This document shows, piece by piece, positions 25,717 through 39,400 of a DNA stretch of 64,000 nucleotides (within the stretch, counting starts at the first letter, position 1; each line of letters opens with the position of its first letter). The notes beneath the pieces are model-generated. The model was not told the DNA's origin. It did not search any database and saw nothing but the letters and a program-made list of their open reading frames with translations. The stretch comes from Octopus bimaculoides (taxonomy: Eukaryota), in NCBI RefSeq assembly GCF_001194135.2, contig NC_068990.1, forward strand, positions 78,503,141-78,567,140, read 5' to 3'. The position numbers and the translations under genes are program-made.

Positions 25717-26558
25717 ATTACAGATGTGCTCAAGTTCATACTATTTATCCTCAGGTTAACCCTGATTGAGTGGACCTATATGTATAAAAGCATTCCAGCA
25801 GTGACCACTCTGTCATTATTGATATAGGACAAATACTGTCCTATATAAATTTTCTTAAAGCTGACAGGATTTATTTAGAGAAAATTGGTTGTTATTTCTA
25901 TGAAATCATTTGACCACATAGAAGCTCTCTTCCTGAGCTCACTGACACTAAACAAGACATCACAAACAGCTTATAAAAACAAAGACAGTAATAAATGTAA
26001 AACTTTGTAAACCCAAGTAGGTTAATTTTGAGAATAAAACTGGCTAGGTTCAAAACTCTATCTACTGAAATTTCCTTTGTCCATCAAATCTCTATACATC
26101 CCACTCTCTCTCTCTCTCTGAGCTAATAAATCTCTATGTTGTTGCATAACCTGTTAGAAATAGCAACCAAATACTCCTCAAATCACACCTCACTGTTTAT
26201 GAGAAAGACATCAAGTCCTAAATATCTCCCAAAAGATGTGGTATGGTCCCAACTGGTCTGCCTGATCAGAATTAACCTGGGGCTAAACAACAACATATTA
26301 CTTTTCGGTATCACTTTATAGACTATTGTCACTGTTTCTGTCAGTCAGTCATATCAAATAACAATTACAAATCCATTTACACAAATACTGCCACTTCTAT
26401 AACAATTCTTCTGACAATAAACCATGTTACTCGTCAGTTAAACTCTCAAAATTACAGTTGACACAAATATTGCAACATATCATTTCCAATTCTAATTCTT
26501 GTGTGCGTGTGTATGTGTGCGAGGGGGGTGGGCAAGAGAAAGAGAGAGGGGGTGGGGA

Positions 26559-26611
<53 letters not shown>

Positions 26612-27781
26612 ATGCTACCAGGCTGATTTGGATTTTAAATTTGGGTAAACCACAAAGCCTTTTATAAAGATTCTAATGATGACATTACAAACAAGAATGC
26701 TGAAATGCAAGTATTTTTTAACAGAAATTTATAGAAATAAAGAACTTGAGCGAAATGAGATTGGTCTTCAACGACATGAGGGTGACTAATAAACTAAAGA
26801 AAAGAAAATCTGTTTAAAAAAATTTCTAATTGAAAAAATAACAAAAAAAAAACAAAAAAAAACAATCAGCTCTAAATGGTTAATTACAGTTGCAGAGTGA
26901 AATTTATTAGATTCAAAAGAATTGACTCAGTAATTCTCTCGTCCAAAGAAAAAAAAGGAGGAAAAAAGCAAAAACAAAGGTCTTCAAGGAAATGGATTTC
27001 TTTTCCCTTTTAATATGAGAAAACTACTTGACAGTCAATAAGTATAATTGTTTAGAAGCTAGATTTGGTTCTAATGTAGTAGTTGAGGTGGTTAGGGCTT
27101 TTACTATGAGAAAAACTGGTGCAATAAGGAGAAAGAGAGGACTGATTTCAATGTTATGACTCTTTTAACAGAGGACAAATATCCAGCAGGGTTTATAAAA
27201 CTATTTTTTATATTCATCAACAGAGAAAACCTCTTTTCTAAACACAGACTGTTTACAGCACAATGAGAAGCCATGATTGAGGGCTTTATGCTTTTCTTTT
27301 AAAATTAAATGAAAGGTTTAGCAATCCACTGGGTTTCATTCTTCTAGTTAGTGTCAGTGAATAATAATGCATGACCCCAAGTTTGAGGGCAGTAATTAAA
27401 AGTGATATTTAAGGTTTTATAGAAAGCCAATAGCTAGAAAGGGCCAGGACATTTCTTGGATTTAAAGCAGAAGCAAGCATGCAATAAACTTATTTGCAAG
27501 TAAAAATGTTCTCTTTATTAACATTATTACATAATAAAAAAAAATTAAAAAAAAAACAGAGCCTCATATTACTTTCCATTATTATATCAGTGAATGTCTT
27601 CTCGGAATTCAAAACCAAAAAAATGCCAAATGAAGACATGCAATATTGAGTTAATTTTGAAATGTCAAACCAAAAAATGTTTTTAGTGCCATTTAATGGT
27701 GGCTTCTCTTTATGATATTTTTACTTCATTATCTTTTTTTTTTTTTTTCTGTAGGTTTGATTTATTTTGATAAACAAATGC

Positions 27782-27828
<47 letters not shown>

Positions 27829-29963
27829 CGCATGCGTGTGTGAGTGCATATGTAGAACACTGCTTCGGTTCATGACTTGCTTGTAGCCATGCATACATTT
27901 GTAGAGATGGGTTTTTGAGTTTATGTGTATGTGTGTGGGAGAGAGAGGGGGGGGGATTTCTGGATATATGTTTATGCGAAAGGAGTCATTGGTGTAGTAA
28001 CGAAGAACATAATCTATGGTGAGGTTGACTCAGCATTTGACTTCTTTTCATCAGAGAACCATTGAGTTAAGTATCACTAATTTAATTGAGGTGAAAGGTC
28101 AAACTGGTCAGACATAAGACTGGACACATTTACTACTCTGGTGTCAGCAAAGGTGAAGCTTTGAACAAGCTTTGAACACACCACACATCTGAGTGATTCA
28201 TAGAATTTGGTTAACCTACATGACTAATATTAGCCAAGACCCACAGTAAAATTAGATCAATTTACATTTTACCATGCCAAATCAGACTGGAACTTGGTGC
28301 AGCTCTCTGACTTACCAGTTCCAGTCAAACCATCTAACCCATGCTACTATGGAAAGCAGATACTAAATGATGATGATGATGATAATGATGATGGCATATT
28401 CTCACTTCAAGGATTGACGATTTCAAATGTATTGGTTTCTATAAACCTAACACTGTTAACCATGTTTTCAATTAATATTTAGTATTCTATATCAGTATTA
28501 TTTTCACAATTAGAACTTCCATTCCACTGCAGACTGATTATTTGACTTCACTTGACTTCAAGGTAATCTGCCAGGATTCAGAGGTTAGAAAATATTTTGG
28601 GGCCAAAATATGAAGAAGACATTGCAAGTAAATCCTGCTAACCACCTCTGTCTTCTGTTTATGTTTTATATATTGAAGCAAATTTACTTGATAACATAAT
28701 TCCAAGCATTGATACATATGAAATGTTACCTTGTCTATCTGTATGTACAATTATTACAGAGTCAGAAATCTCAAGACATGTGAAAGAGAAACAGGAAATT
28801 TTGGTATATGCGGATGTAATTTCAGAAGTGCAACAGGTGGTAAGGAATTGTTCAGCAGGTAGCAAAGGCAGTACATACTCAGCAATGAAGAGCAGATGGA
28901 AGAAATAAATAGTTCCAGCTGGAAACATAGAGTGGGTTCTAGACACAATGTCTAGAGGCACCATAAGTGTAACCTTGGTGTACTATGAGTGACCATGATG
29001 ACCCTGCATAAACATTAGCTGTGACAATTACTGGGGCTACTGAAGGCAACGTAGTTAAAACCCTTGCAACAACTTGGGTCAAACGAAAAATATTTTTACA
29101 GTATCTTAAATAACATTTATTCTATATTTGATGTTGCAAAGTTTATGGAATTTTTGATAAAACTGAAAGCATTACTCATGAGGTGTGTCTGGAGTGAATA
29201 TGAGCTAAAAATAAGGCATTCTCTAATTCAGGATTATGAAGTTGTAAAGAAAAATAAGTTGTAGATTTAATTTACAAACAACTGACAACTAGATTCCCAT
29301 TCTAGTCATATGTACAATTTTATTTTACATTAATATTTTACAAGGCTGGCTTGTTAGCCTAACTCCAACCCTTCTCATTTCCCTCCGTCCCAGACAGACT
29401 CCAAACCCCACTAAAAATAAAATTAAAAAAATGAAAATCTGTTTTTACAACAGCCTCTTCTACTCTCTTACTGAACCCATCCTGAACAGTCAATCAGCCC
29501 AAAAGCTACTTGTATCTAATTAACATTCTATGTCCTGTTACACTTTTTAAATGTTATTATCTCTTATTAACTGTACTATTAATTTCTGTGTCTGAGTTAA
29601 ATCAAACCCCATTTCAATGCCTATACTATGCTATTGTATACAATAATAATAATAGATCCTTATCTTAAATGTCAGTCATCACCAATAAAATAACATTCAT
29701 TGATCTAAATCTATTCAGCATTACTGCAGCATCTATGAGACTTTTCCACCAGGCTCTTTCTGTCTATTTTGTCTCCAGTCTTGCCAGTCTAACTACAAGC
29801 AACACCATCAACACCCTTTCTACATTTATTTCCCATTTCCAACATTTTCTATGCTTTGATTTAATTAACTTTTACAAATTCTACTATGACCTGACTTTAT
29901 CTGACCTTTCTTACATAATATATATTGCATTGATATTGCATACACACACCAATATATATATAT

Positions 29964-30270
29964 NNNNNNNNNNNNNNNNNNNNNNNNNNNNNNNNNNNNN
30001 NNNNNNNNNNNNNNNNNNNNNNNNNNNNNNNNNNNNNNNNNNNNNNNNNNNNNNNNNNNNNNNNNNNNNNNNNNNNNNNNNNNNNNNNNNNNNNNNNNNN
30101 NNNNNNNNNNNNNNNNNNNNNNNNNNNNNNNNNNNNNNNNNNNNNNNNNNNNNNNNNNNNNNNNNNNNNNNNNNNNNNNNNNNNNNNNNNNNNNNNNNNN
30201 NNNNNNNNNNNNNNNNNNNNNNNNNNNNNNNNNNNNNNNNNNNNNNNNNNNNNNNNNNNNNNNNNNNNNN
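29964..30270. other. Assembly gap
   Basis: N-run after (TA)n. Confidence 0.99.
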
Positions 30271-30649
30271 ATTATTACTGACAAGCTGGCAGAATCGTTA
30301 GCACACTGGACAACATGCTTAGTGGCCTTTTGTCTGTTTTTAAGTTCTGAGTTCAAATTCTGCTGAGGTCAAGTTTGCCTTTAATCCTTTTGAGATCAAT
30401 AAAATAAGAACCAGTTGAGCAGTGGAGTTGATGTAATTAACTGGCTGCTTCTCTCCCAAAATTTCTGGCCTTTTGCCTATACTACAGTTTGTTGATTTTT
30501 ATTGTTTTTTTTTAAATTTTGTTAATCTTGTTTACACACAAAACCCTCACAACAACACATACACACAGTCTTTGTTTTGTCTTGTACTGTCCATAATGTT
30601 TTTCTTAATGTAAACCCTTGTGGTTAATAAAGAAATGATTATTATTGGT

Positions 30650-30900
30650 CCTAAATGATAAATGGCAGCAACATATGTAAACCTGCCGAAAGTTAGAGAG
30701 ATCAGGTGAAGACAGCTGTGACTATCTGGTCACTGCATGCACCACCCTGAACTGGAAGCATCCAAGTTGGTCTTGTGGAATCTGCTTCATGGTGATGTAA
30801 GAAGAGGAAAAACGTTGACGTACCTACATCAACAACTTGATTGCAGGCACTTGCCTGGAATGTATCCAGGATCCCGAGCCAGTGATGATGGAATAATAAT
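30650..30900 (+). mobile_element. 3' fragment of an RTE-like LINE (second family)
   Basis: GHCMHHPELEASKLVLWNLLHGDVRRGKTLTYLHQQL resembles RTE C-termini; ends in a short (aat)n. Confidence 0.5.
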
Positions 30901-33002
30901 AAAGAATCATGAGTGTTGGACAAAATGCCTTGTGGTATTTCATAACAACTCTCTACTTTTTAAATTCTAATTGAACCAAGGTCAACTTTACTGCTCATCT
31001 TTCTGGAAGTGTTAAAATAAAGGTGGGGGTGAAGGGGGTCAATATTGCATGTTCCCTTCCCCAAATTTAGGGCACAGTACCAATGTAAGAAATTAGTGTA
31101 AATTATTGTTAGGTCAGCTGGCAGAATTGTTAATGCATCAGACAAAATGCTTATGTTCTTCCAATTCTTTAGGTCTGAGTTCAAATCCTGCTGAAATCAA
31201 TTTTGCCTTGCATCTTTTTGGGATAGATAAAATAAAAACTGGAATTGTTGTAACCAACTCCCCACTCCTCTCCCCTCAAAATGACTGGTTTTGTGGCAAA
31301 ATTAGGAACCATTATTATTTGGTGGTGGTGGTGGTGGTGGTGGTGGTAGTAGGAGGAGGAGGAGGAGATGGCAGTGGTAGTCATAATAGAAGTAATTTTT
31401 CAGCTTAGGCTAGTTTTATAAAGGAAAAAATTCAAGTGAACTAAAAGAGCTCCAGTGATTACTGATCCTTTTTCAGGTCTCAGAAAACCCTTTGTCTTGA
31501 AGTCTTTTACTGTTTTCAGTCACTGAGCTACAGCCATGTCAGAGCATCACATTCTAGGGGAGAGAGTTGATTGCGTCAGCCACTGAACTTATTCCTCTTA
31601 ATCTTAAAAGGAAGAAAGTTAACATGAACCTGGACAGGTTTGAACTCAAATGGCTAATTTTGTCACAATTTAAATGTTTTGAGAATCCAGATAAATAAAA
31701 AAAAAAAATAATAGAAGAAAGTTATTTGAGATTTAAACTTCACTTTTTTATGTGCTAGCGCAATGTAAAAAGTACGTATGCCACATAAAAAGCACTCGGT
31801 ACTGATGCCACGTGAAAAGCATTTAGTACACTTTGTAAAGGCAATGGTATTAGAAAGGGCATCTAGTTATGGAAACACTGTCAAAATAGGAAATTGCAGC
31901 TTGGTGCAGTCCTCTGAGTTGCCAGTTCTTCTCAAACGGTCCAACCCATGCCAGCATGGAAGATAGATGTTAAATGATGGTGGTGATGACAACACTTCTT
32001 CAATTTGAAGAAGTAGCCGGGAGTGGGCATTCTGTTACCTTTTCCCTGAGAAGCTAAACCAAAAGAAAATTCTGGAATTAAATGAAACTGATAACAACAA
32101 AACTAAAAAAAGGAAAGGAAATATTGGAAATAAACACAAAAGATTCTACAGAATCACCATCATCAACATCACTGTTATTAAAGAGATCAAGTTGCCATCA
32201 TAGCTTAAAATTTAGTCCAAAACAGACTGACAATCTACCAAAGAAAAAATGTAAGATAAATAATGCACCAAAATTACCCTTGTTATTGAAGGCAGTGGAT
32301 ATCAGAATTGGTCAAGTAGTAGACAAAATGCCTTGCAGTATTTGATTAATATCCCAAATTCAAGTTCTAACATATATTTTAAACTTCTAGATTTAATAAA
32401 CCTCAGAAATATTGTTAATAGATGGAGTGAACTATACTCAGGCTTGTGCCAATATGAGAAGAAATATTATTAAAATGCTAATGGCCCTCATGGCTTCTGA
32501 TCTTAAGTCTTGGTATAAAAAATGAGCTACAGTAAATATTTTGATCAATACCACAGATTTGGTTGTCAGTTGTTTGACCTTAACCAGTTGAGCATGTCCC
32601 TTGGTGGCTGACGATATGTGCATCTCTGATCATTGAGTAGAAGTAGTGGGGGAGCATCATAGCCATGTGTTGAGAGGAATTTTTGGGGGTTTGAATTATT
32701 CACTCTGGAAACACGAGTGTTTCGTTCAACATTCTTAAACAACCCTTATTCAGGGACCTTTTGAGTGGGATCGAATTGAAGAAAATTCTAACTGGGCCCC
32801 ACCTGCAGGGTCATGCACTTTTTATCGTGATATGAAATCACCATGTTGCACATATATGGTTGTGATGCATGCGTCTGGTGTTCCATTATCAGACGGGTAG
32901 TCATGATGGGTATATTGGGCTTCATATATTTGTACACCAGTGTCACTTTGATGCCATGAGTGGCTCTCTCACCCAATAATAATAATAATAATAATAATAA
33001 TA

Positions 33003-33742
33003 ATCTGTGCTGCCCAAGAGCAAGCACTAAAAACAAACTACATAAAATACAGAATAGACAACACAGCAGAAAGTGATAAGTGCAGAATCTGTGGACAAAA
33101 CGGTGAAACCGTATGGCATATTACCAGCCAATGTACGCCACTAGCCCAGAAGGAATATAAGAGACGCCACGACAATATACCAAGGCTTGTCCATTGGACA
33201 CTTTGCAACAAGTATGGACCTGACAGTGCAAAAAATTGGTATGAACACAAATTTGAAGGCATCGTCGAAAATAGAAATGCAAAGATCCTATGGGATTTTA
33301 TGATTCAGTGCGACCATGAGATAGAGAATAGGAAGCCGGACATAGTCTTAATTGAGAAAAAAAAAAACTATACTGGATCATACATATAGCATGCCCAGCT
33401 GACAACAAGGTATGTGATAAGGTAGAAAGAAAAGTCGAGAGATATGACAGGTTAGCTTGGAAAGTTAAGCAGTTGTGGTCGATGAAAAAGGTAACAGTAG
33501 TACCAATAATTGTCGGAGCCCTGGGAAAAATGAGTAAAAATCTCGAGAAGTACGTGGAACAAATAGGGGCTGCAATAAGGGTGGATCACTTGCAGAAAAC
33601 AGCACTTCTTGGAACCACTCGAATACTCCGGAAGGTGCTCGAAAAATAAGAGGTGTTACCTTAGTTCACTGGTAGTGAACAGCTGACACTGTAGTACATC
33701 CCTAGCGTTAGAAGCTGTGCAAAAGCAATAATAATAATAATA
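33003..33742 (+). mobile_element. 5'-truncated R4/Dong-like LINE: CCHC knuckle plus REL endonuclease, one frameshift
   Basis: CAAQEQALKTNYIKYRID..CRICGQNGETVWHITSQC..EYKRRHDN..KILWDFMIQCDHEIENRKPDIVLIEK, frameshift in an A-run near 33360, then IACPADNK..VVPIIVGALG..LQKTALLGTTRILRKVLEK* (stop 33647-33649). (AAT)n on both sides. Confidence 0.93.
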
Positions 33743-34336
33743 GAGAGACTCTGTGAGACCTCTGACTACAGGCTGTTGTCCACTCTCACAGACCCAAGAA
33801 GAGCAAACAAGACCAAGCGCTCTGAAAAGTAAAACAACAACAACGACAATGACCTTTGTCTGTGGACAGCTGACCCCCTTTCCATCATACCCAGCAAAAT
33901 AAGCTGTGAGTTTTCATCACATAATAATAATGATGGTTTCAAATTTTGGCACAGGGCCAGAAATTTCAGAAGGGGTAAGCCAATGACATTAACCCCAGTG
34001 TTCAGCTGGTACTTATTTTAGTGACTCCAAAAGGATGAAAGGCAAAGTCAACCTCAGTGGAATTTGAAGTCAGAACATAAAGATGGACCAAATGCCACTG
34101 AACATTTTGCCTAGCATGCTAATGATTCTCTTGGCTCACTGCCCCAAGGCCACAAATTTAGTAATGGGCTAGAGGAATACACTGACCCTTGGGTTTTATC
34201 AACCCTATAAGGATGAGCAGTAAAGTTAACCCTGACAGGGGTCTGACCTCAGAAAATAAAAAGCTTTAACAAAATATCAAAGTATTTTGTCTAACACTCA
34301 AATGATTCTGCCATTCAATTACCCTTTTACTAATAG

Positions 34337-34372
<36 letters not shown>

Positions 34373-35611
34373 GAAAACAACAACAGCAATGGCTTCAAAT
34401 TTTGGAGCAGAACCAGCAATTTTCGAGGGGGGGGGGTCAGTTGATTACATCAACCTCAGTACTTGACTGGTACTTATTTTATCTACCATGAAAGGATGAA
34501 AGGCAAAGGTGATTCAGTGGGGTTTGAACTCAGAACGTAAAGAGGCAAAAGAAATACTACTAAACATTTTGTCTGATGCCATGCTAATGATTCTGCCAGT
34601 AGGAAATGAATTAATCTATTGAATTCAATCTACCATTTTCTAAATTCAAATTCCTCAAGGGTTAGTAAATTAATACCTGAGGTCAAATTAACTACATTTT
34701 TAGCCTGGTACAAAAACTTCTTTGTATCAGGTGAAGAAAATTTCACAATTCTGAGAAAGCCCTTAGAAAATAAACAAACATGGAAACTTCCATATCCATT
34801 TATTTTAAACCTGAGGTTAGATGTTGAATTTCAAAACACCAAACACATGAATAAAGACCCTTAATATCATCATCATCATCATCATCGTTTAACGTCTGCT
34901 TTCCATGCTAGCATGGGTTGGACGATTTGACTGAGGACTGGTGAAACCGGATGGCAACACCAGGCTCCAGTCTGATTTGGCAGAGTTTCTACAGCTGGAT
35001 GCCCTTCCTAACGCCAACCACTCAGAGAGTGTAGTGGGTGCTTTTACGTGTCACCCGCACGGAGCATATCAATTTAAAATTTAATCTCTCACTCTCAGTT
35101 TGTTTAACTACTACTATTAGTAGCAGTAGAAGAAAGGATTATTATCATTATTATTATTACGGTGGTGAGCTGGCAGAATCGTTAGCATGCTGGGCGGTAT
35201 TTTGTCTGTATTCACGTTCTGGGTTCAAATTCTACCAAGGTCGACTTTGCCTTATCATCCCTTTCGGGGTTGATAAATTAAGTACCAGTTGAGCACTGGC
35301 GTTGATGTAATCGACTTGACCCCTCCCCCGAAGATTCAGGCCTTGTGCCTTTGGTAGAAAGGATTGTCATTATTATTATAATTTTAGGTGGCAAGATGGC
35401 AGAATCATTAGCACACCAGTTGAAAAGCTTAGTGATATTTCATTTGTCTTTATGTTCTGAGTTCAAATTCCACCAGGGTCGACTTTGCCTTTCATTCTTT
35501 CCGAGCCGATAAAATAAGTACCAGTTGAGCACTGAGGTTGGTTTAATTGACTTAACTCCTCCCCACAAAACTGCTGGCCTTGTGCCAGAATTTGAAATTA
35601 TTATTGTTATT

Positions 35612-36652
35612 AGTCTTAGTAAGTAGCAGGGCAGATAAATTACAAATCCCTTCGGGTAGATGGCCCTGCTTGATCTGTAGAAAAGGTGTGGGTAGAAACT
35701 CCCTAAGATGTACCCGGTGTAAGGTATGGACACGTTAGAGGTGCAGAGAGCTCCTACCTCTGCTGACAACAAAGGGCTTCTCCTTCAGAGTGAAAGGTAG
35801 ATTGTACGATGCCTGTGTGTGAACAACTGTGCTACATGGCAGTGAAACATGGGCTGTGACAGCTGAGGACATGTGTAGGCTTGAAAGAAATGAAGCCAGT
35901 ATACTCTGCTGAATGTGTAACGTCAGTGGGCATGTACAACAGAGTGTAAGCATCTTGAGAGGAAAGTTGGGCATAAGAGGCATCAGGAGTGGTGTGCAAG
36001 AGAGATGATTGTGCTGGTGTGTTCAGGTGATGTGTACGGACAAGGACAGCTGTGTAAAGAAGGGCTGATCTCTAACTGTGGAGGGAACCTGTGGTAGAGG
36101 TAGACCTAGGAAGACATGGGATGAAGTGGTAAAGCGTGATCTTCGAAATTTGGGCCTCACAGAGGAAATGACTATTGACCAAGACCTTTGGTGATATGCT
36201 GCGCTTGAGAAGACCCATGCAGCCAAGTGTAATCATAATCATGGCTGATGCTGGTGTCACACAACTGGCACATAGAAAGCACCTTTCAAGCATTGGGCCT
36301 CACATAGGCAAAGTGACTGATGCTGGAGGCACATGAAAAGCTCCTTTCAAGTGTTGGGCCTCACAGAGGCAATGACAAATGACCAAGACCTTGGTATTAT
36401 GCTATGCTTGAGAAGAAGACCCATCAAGCCAAGTAAAATCACAGTCATGGCAGATACTGGTGTCACACAAATGGCACCCGTGCCAGTGGCACATCAAAGC
36501 ACCCATTACACTCTCAGAGTAGTTAGCATTAGGAAGGGCATCCAGCCATAGAAACCATGTCAAATCAGACTGGAGTCTGGTGCAGCCTTCCAGCCTGTCA
36601 GCCCTGGTCAAACCATCCAGCCCATGTCAGCATGGACAACAGACATTAAATA

Positions 36653-36682
<30 letters not shown>
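35612..36682 (+). mobile_element. 5'-truncated RTE LINE, same family as 2620-5103
   Basis: SGRWPCLICRKGVGRNSLRCTRCKVWT, ELLPLLTTKGFSFRVKGRLYDACV, GRGRPRKTWDEVVKRDL, duplicated 3' UTR module, (gat)n tail. Confidence 0.92.
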
Positions 36683-36684
<2 letters not shown>

Positions 36685-36934
36685 GGTAGTGAGCTGACAA
36701 AATCATTAGCACACCAGACAAAATGCTTTGTGGTATTTTGTCCATCTTTACATTAACTGTTCAAATTCTGTCAAGGCTGACTTAGCCTTTCATCCTTCTG
36801 GGGTTAATAAAATAAGCGCCAGTAGAGCACTGGTGTCAATCTAATTGATTAGATCATTCCACCAAAATTTCAGGCCACATGCCTTTACTAGAAAAGATCA
36901 TTATTATTATTTGCTTGTTGTTATCTTTTATCTT

Positions 36935-37290
36935 TTACTTGTTTCAGTCATTAGACTGCGGCCATCCTGGGGCAGCTTGATAAATTTTAGTCAAATGAAC
37001 CAATCCCGGCACTTCTGTTTCTTTTAAGCCTGGCATTTATTCAGTTGGTCTCTTTTGCTGAACCACTAGGTTATGGAGACATAAACACACCAACACTAGT
37101 TGACAAGTAGTAGGGGACAAATGCAAATATCTATAGAATGACAGGCTTCTTTCAGTTTCTGTCTACCAAATCAACTCACAAGGCTTTGGTTGGTCTAAGT
37201 AGAGGACACTTACCCAAGATGCCATGCAGTGGGACTGAATCTGGAACCATGTGGTTGGGAAACAAACTTCTGACCACACAGCCATGGCTG
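36935..37290 (-). mobile_element. tRNA-derived SINE (family with ...gactgaaacaagtaaaaga tail)
   Basis: Reverse complement of the head and tail seen at 40738-41059. Confidence 0.8.
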
Positions 37291-39177
37291 GGGAAATTTG
37301 AGAAATGTCACAACTTGGCATTTCTTAAGGTTGTGTAAGTTAAAATCCAATTAAAATAATTTCATGAGAATATCTTATCAAATCAAGCATAATAAAGAAG
37401 AAGAAGTAGCTAGTATGTCAATTAATGCATTTTAACTCATTATAACCTAAACAATTAACGCTGTAGCCTCTTAACAATATACTCTTTTATACATTGAGCC
37501 TAATATATAAAATGCATACAGAAGAATATACAAAACTCTTATAGCCATGCAAACCAAGAATATGTCAATCTTAACTTTATATTAGTAATTCACTATTATT
37601 GTTAAATATTGGTTTCAAATTTTGACACAAGACCAGAATTTTGGGGAAGAGGGTAAGGTCCATAACAGCCTCAGTGCATAACTGGTACTTATTTTATCAA
37701 CCCTGAAAGGATGAAAGGCAAAGCTGGCCTCAACTGAATTTCAACTCAGAACATAAAGACAGATAAAATACTGCAAAACATTTTGCCTGCAGTGCTAACA
37801 ATTCTGCCAACTGCCACTTTGATATTATAGACATTTATTGTCAAATAATATTAAACTGAAAAGCAAATAAATTGGGTTTCTCTCTGCTGATGACATCACA
37901 GTTAATTAAAAATGAGGATAGAATGAAGATGAAGTGTTATAGAATATTGATGATAATATGGTACTAAATACTAAAAGTGAAAAAAAAAAAAAAGAGATAT
38001 TTTTTTATTATGTGAACTCTTTTATAAATTCACAGTATAAACATTGATTCCTAAAAGACAGAAAGCCTCTATTTTTTTTATTTTTTTTATTTTGAGATGA
38101 GCATAATAGTTCATATCAATCTTGGGAGGACAAATGACAAATTAAACTCATATAAAGTCATCAATGACAGTGGTATTGATAAACTCATGTGTCATGTATG
38201 TCTTGCCCTTGCCAGTTTTTATTTAAATAATATTGTGGGGTTTTGTTGTTATCTAACATAGTCTAAGGCTATAGTAGAGGACATTTGCCCAAGGTGCCAT
38301 GCTGTGGGACTGAATTGGAACCATGCAGTTGGGAAGCAAACTTATTACTACATAGCCATGGCAGGGGAAATTTAGGAAATGTCACAACTTGAAGATTGTA
38401 ATTTAGTAATCGAACCAACATTGTCAGCTCGTTAAACATAAACCTAATGCTACTAATTTGATAAAATGTTTCAATCCAATTTTTTTAATTGTTCTCTATG
38501 CTAAATCAAAAGTGTTAAAAATTACCAAAATAAAAATTATCTTTACAATTAAAATAATAACAAAATCAATTTTCGAGCTGAATAAAAACCAGTGAAAACA
38601 TCATATCCACAAAGTTCTGCAGTTAAAGGTTTTTAAGCTTGACAGAATTTTGAAATTTTGTTTTGGGCGTTATTTCTAGTGTTTTATTTGAAAATCTTTG
38701 TCACTGTTTAATTTTACTTTTGTTGCTATTATAGATTATACACAGCAATATATGCTAAATTAGAGCAGCCAATTATTTTTCTAGTTATGGTAAAGATAAT
38801 ATCAGCCATGAAAGATCAGTTTCTCCTCAAAATGAATTCTAAAGAGACAATTATTTTGGCTATCAACAGAAATATAAGAAACCATAAAAGAAGATCTATT
38901 CCTATGCTCTCTAAACTATAAAGCAATTCTGTGACTCCAATGAATATCCATTACTCATGAAATAACTAAAGGCTCTTAAGCATTGAGTCAAGTCAATTAT
39001 CAAGGGAAGAGACAGGAAAAGACATCAATCCAGGTCAGAATCCAAATAATTAGTCGCCCACTAATAACGGGTGAGGAAGATTTTTTAACCATTCGTCTAT
39101 CTGAGATGAAATCATCATCCAATAATTACAAGCTGACAGATGATCTTCATTTAGATGTCTTCTACTATTCTCTACAC

Positions 39178-39400
39178 TTGTGGCTTAGTGGTTTAGGGTG
39201 TTGGACTCATGGTTATACAATTGTGGTTTCGATTCCTGGACCGGGTGATGCATTGTGCTCTTGAACAAAACACTTCATTTTGTGTTGCTCCAGTCCACTC
39301 AGCTGACAAAAATGAGCAATCCTGCGATGGACCCTAACCCCGTCCAGGTGGGGGAATCAGGAAACCGGCCCTTATGAATTGGCATGACTTCAGGAGATAA
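39178..39400 (+). mobile_element. tRNA-derived SINE with a conserved-core-like central domain
   Basis: A-box TGGCTTAGTGG (39181-39191), B-box GGTTTCGATTCC (39225-39236), central cctgcgatggaccctaaccccgtccagg resembling conserved SINE cores (V/Meta-type, from memory). Confidence 0.75.

Noticed and set aside
28730-28918. Symmetric phase-1 minus-strand exon candidate that would join the 47769 exon in frame
   Set aside because: The peptide looks like an antisense reading, the opposite strand is also open, and no homology is recognisable.
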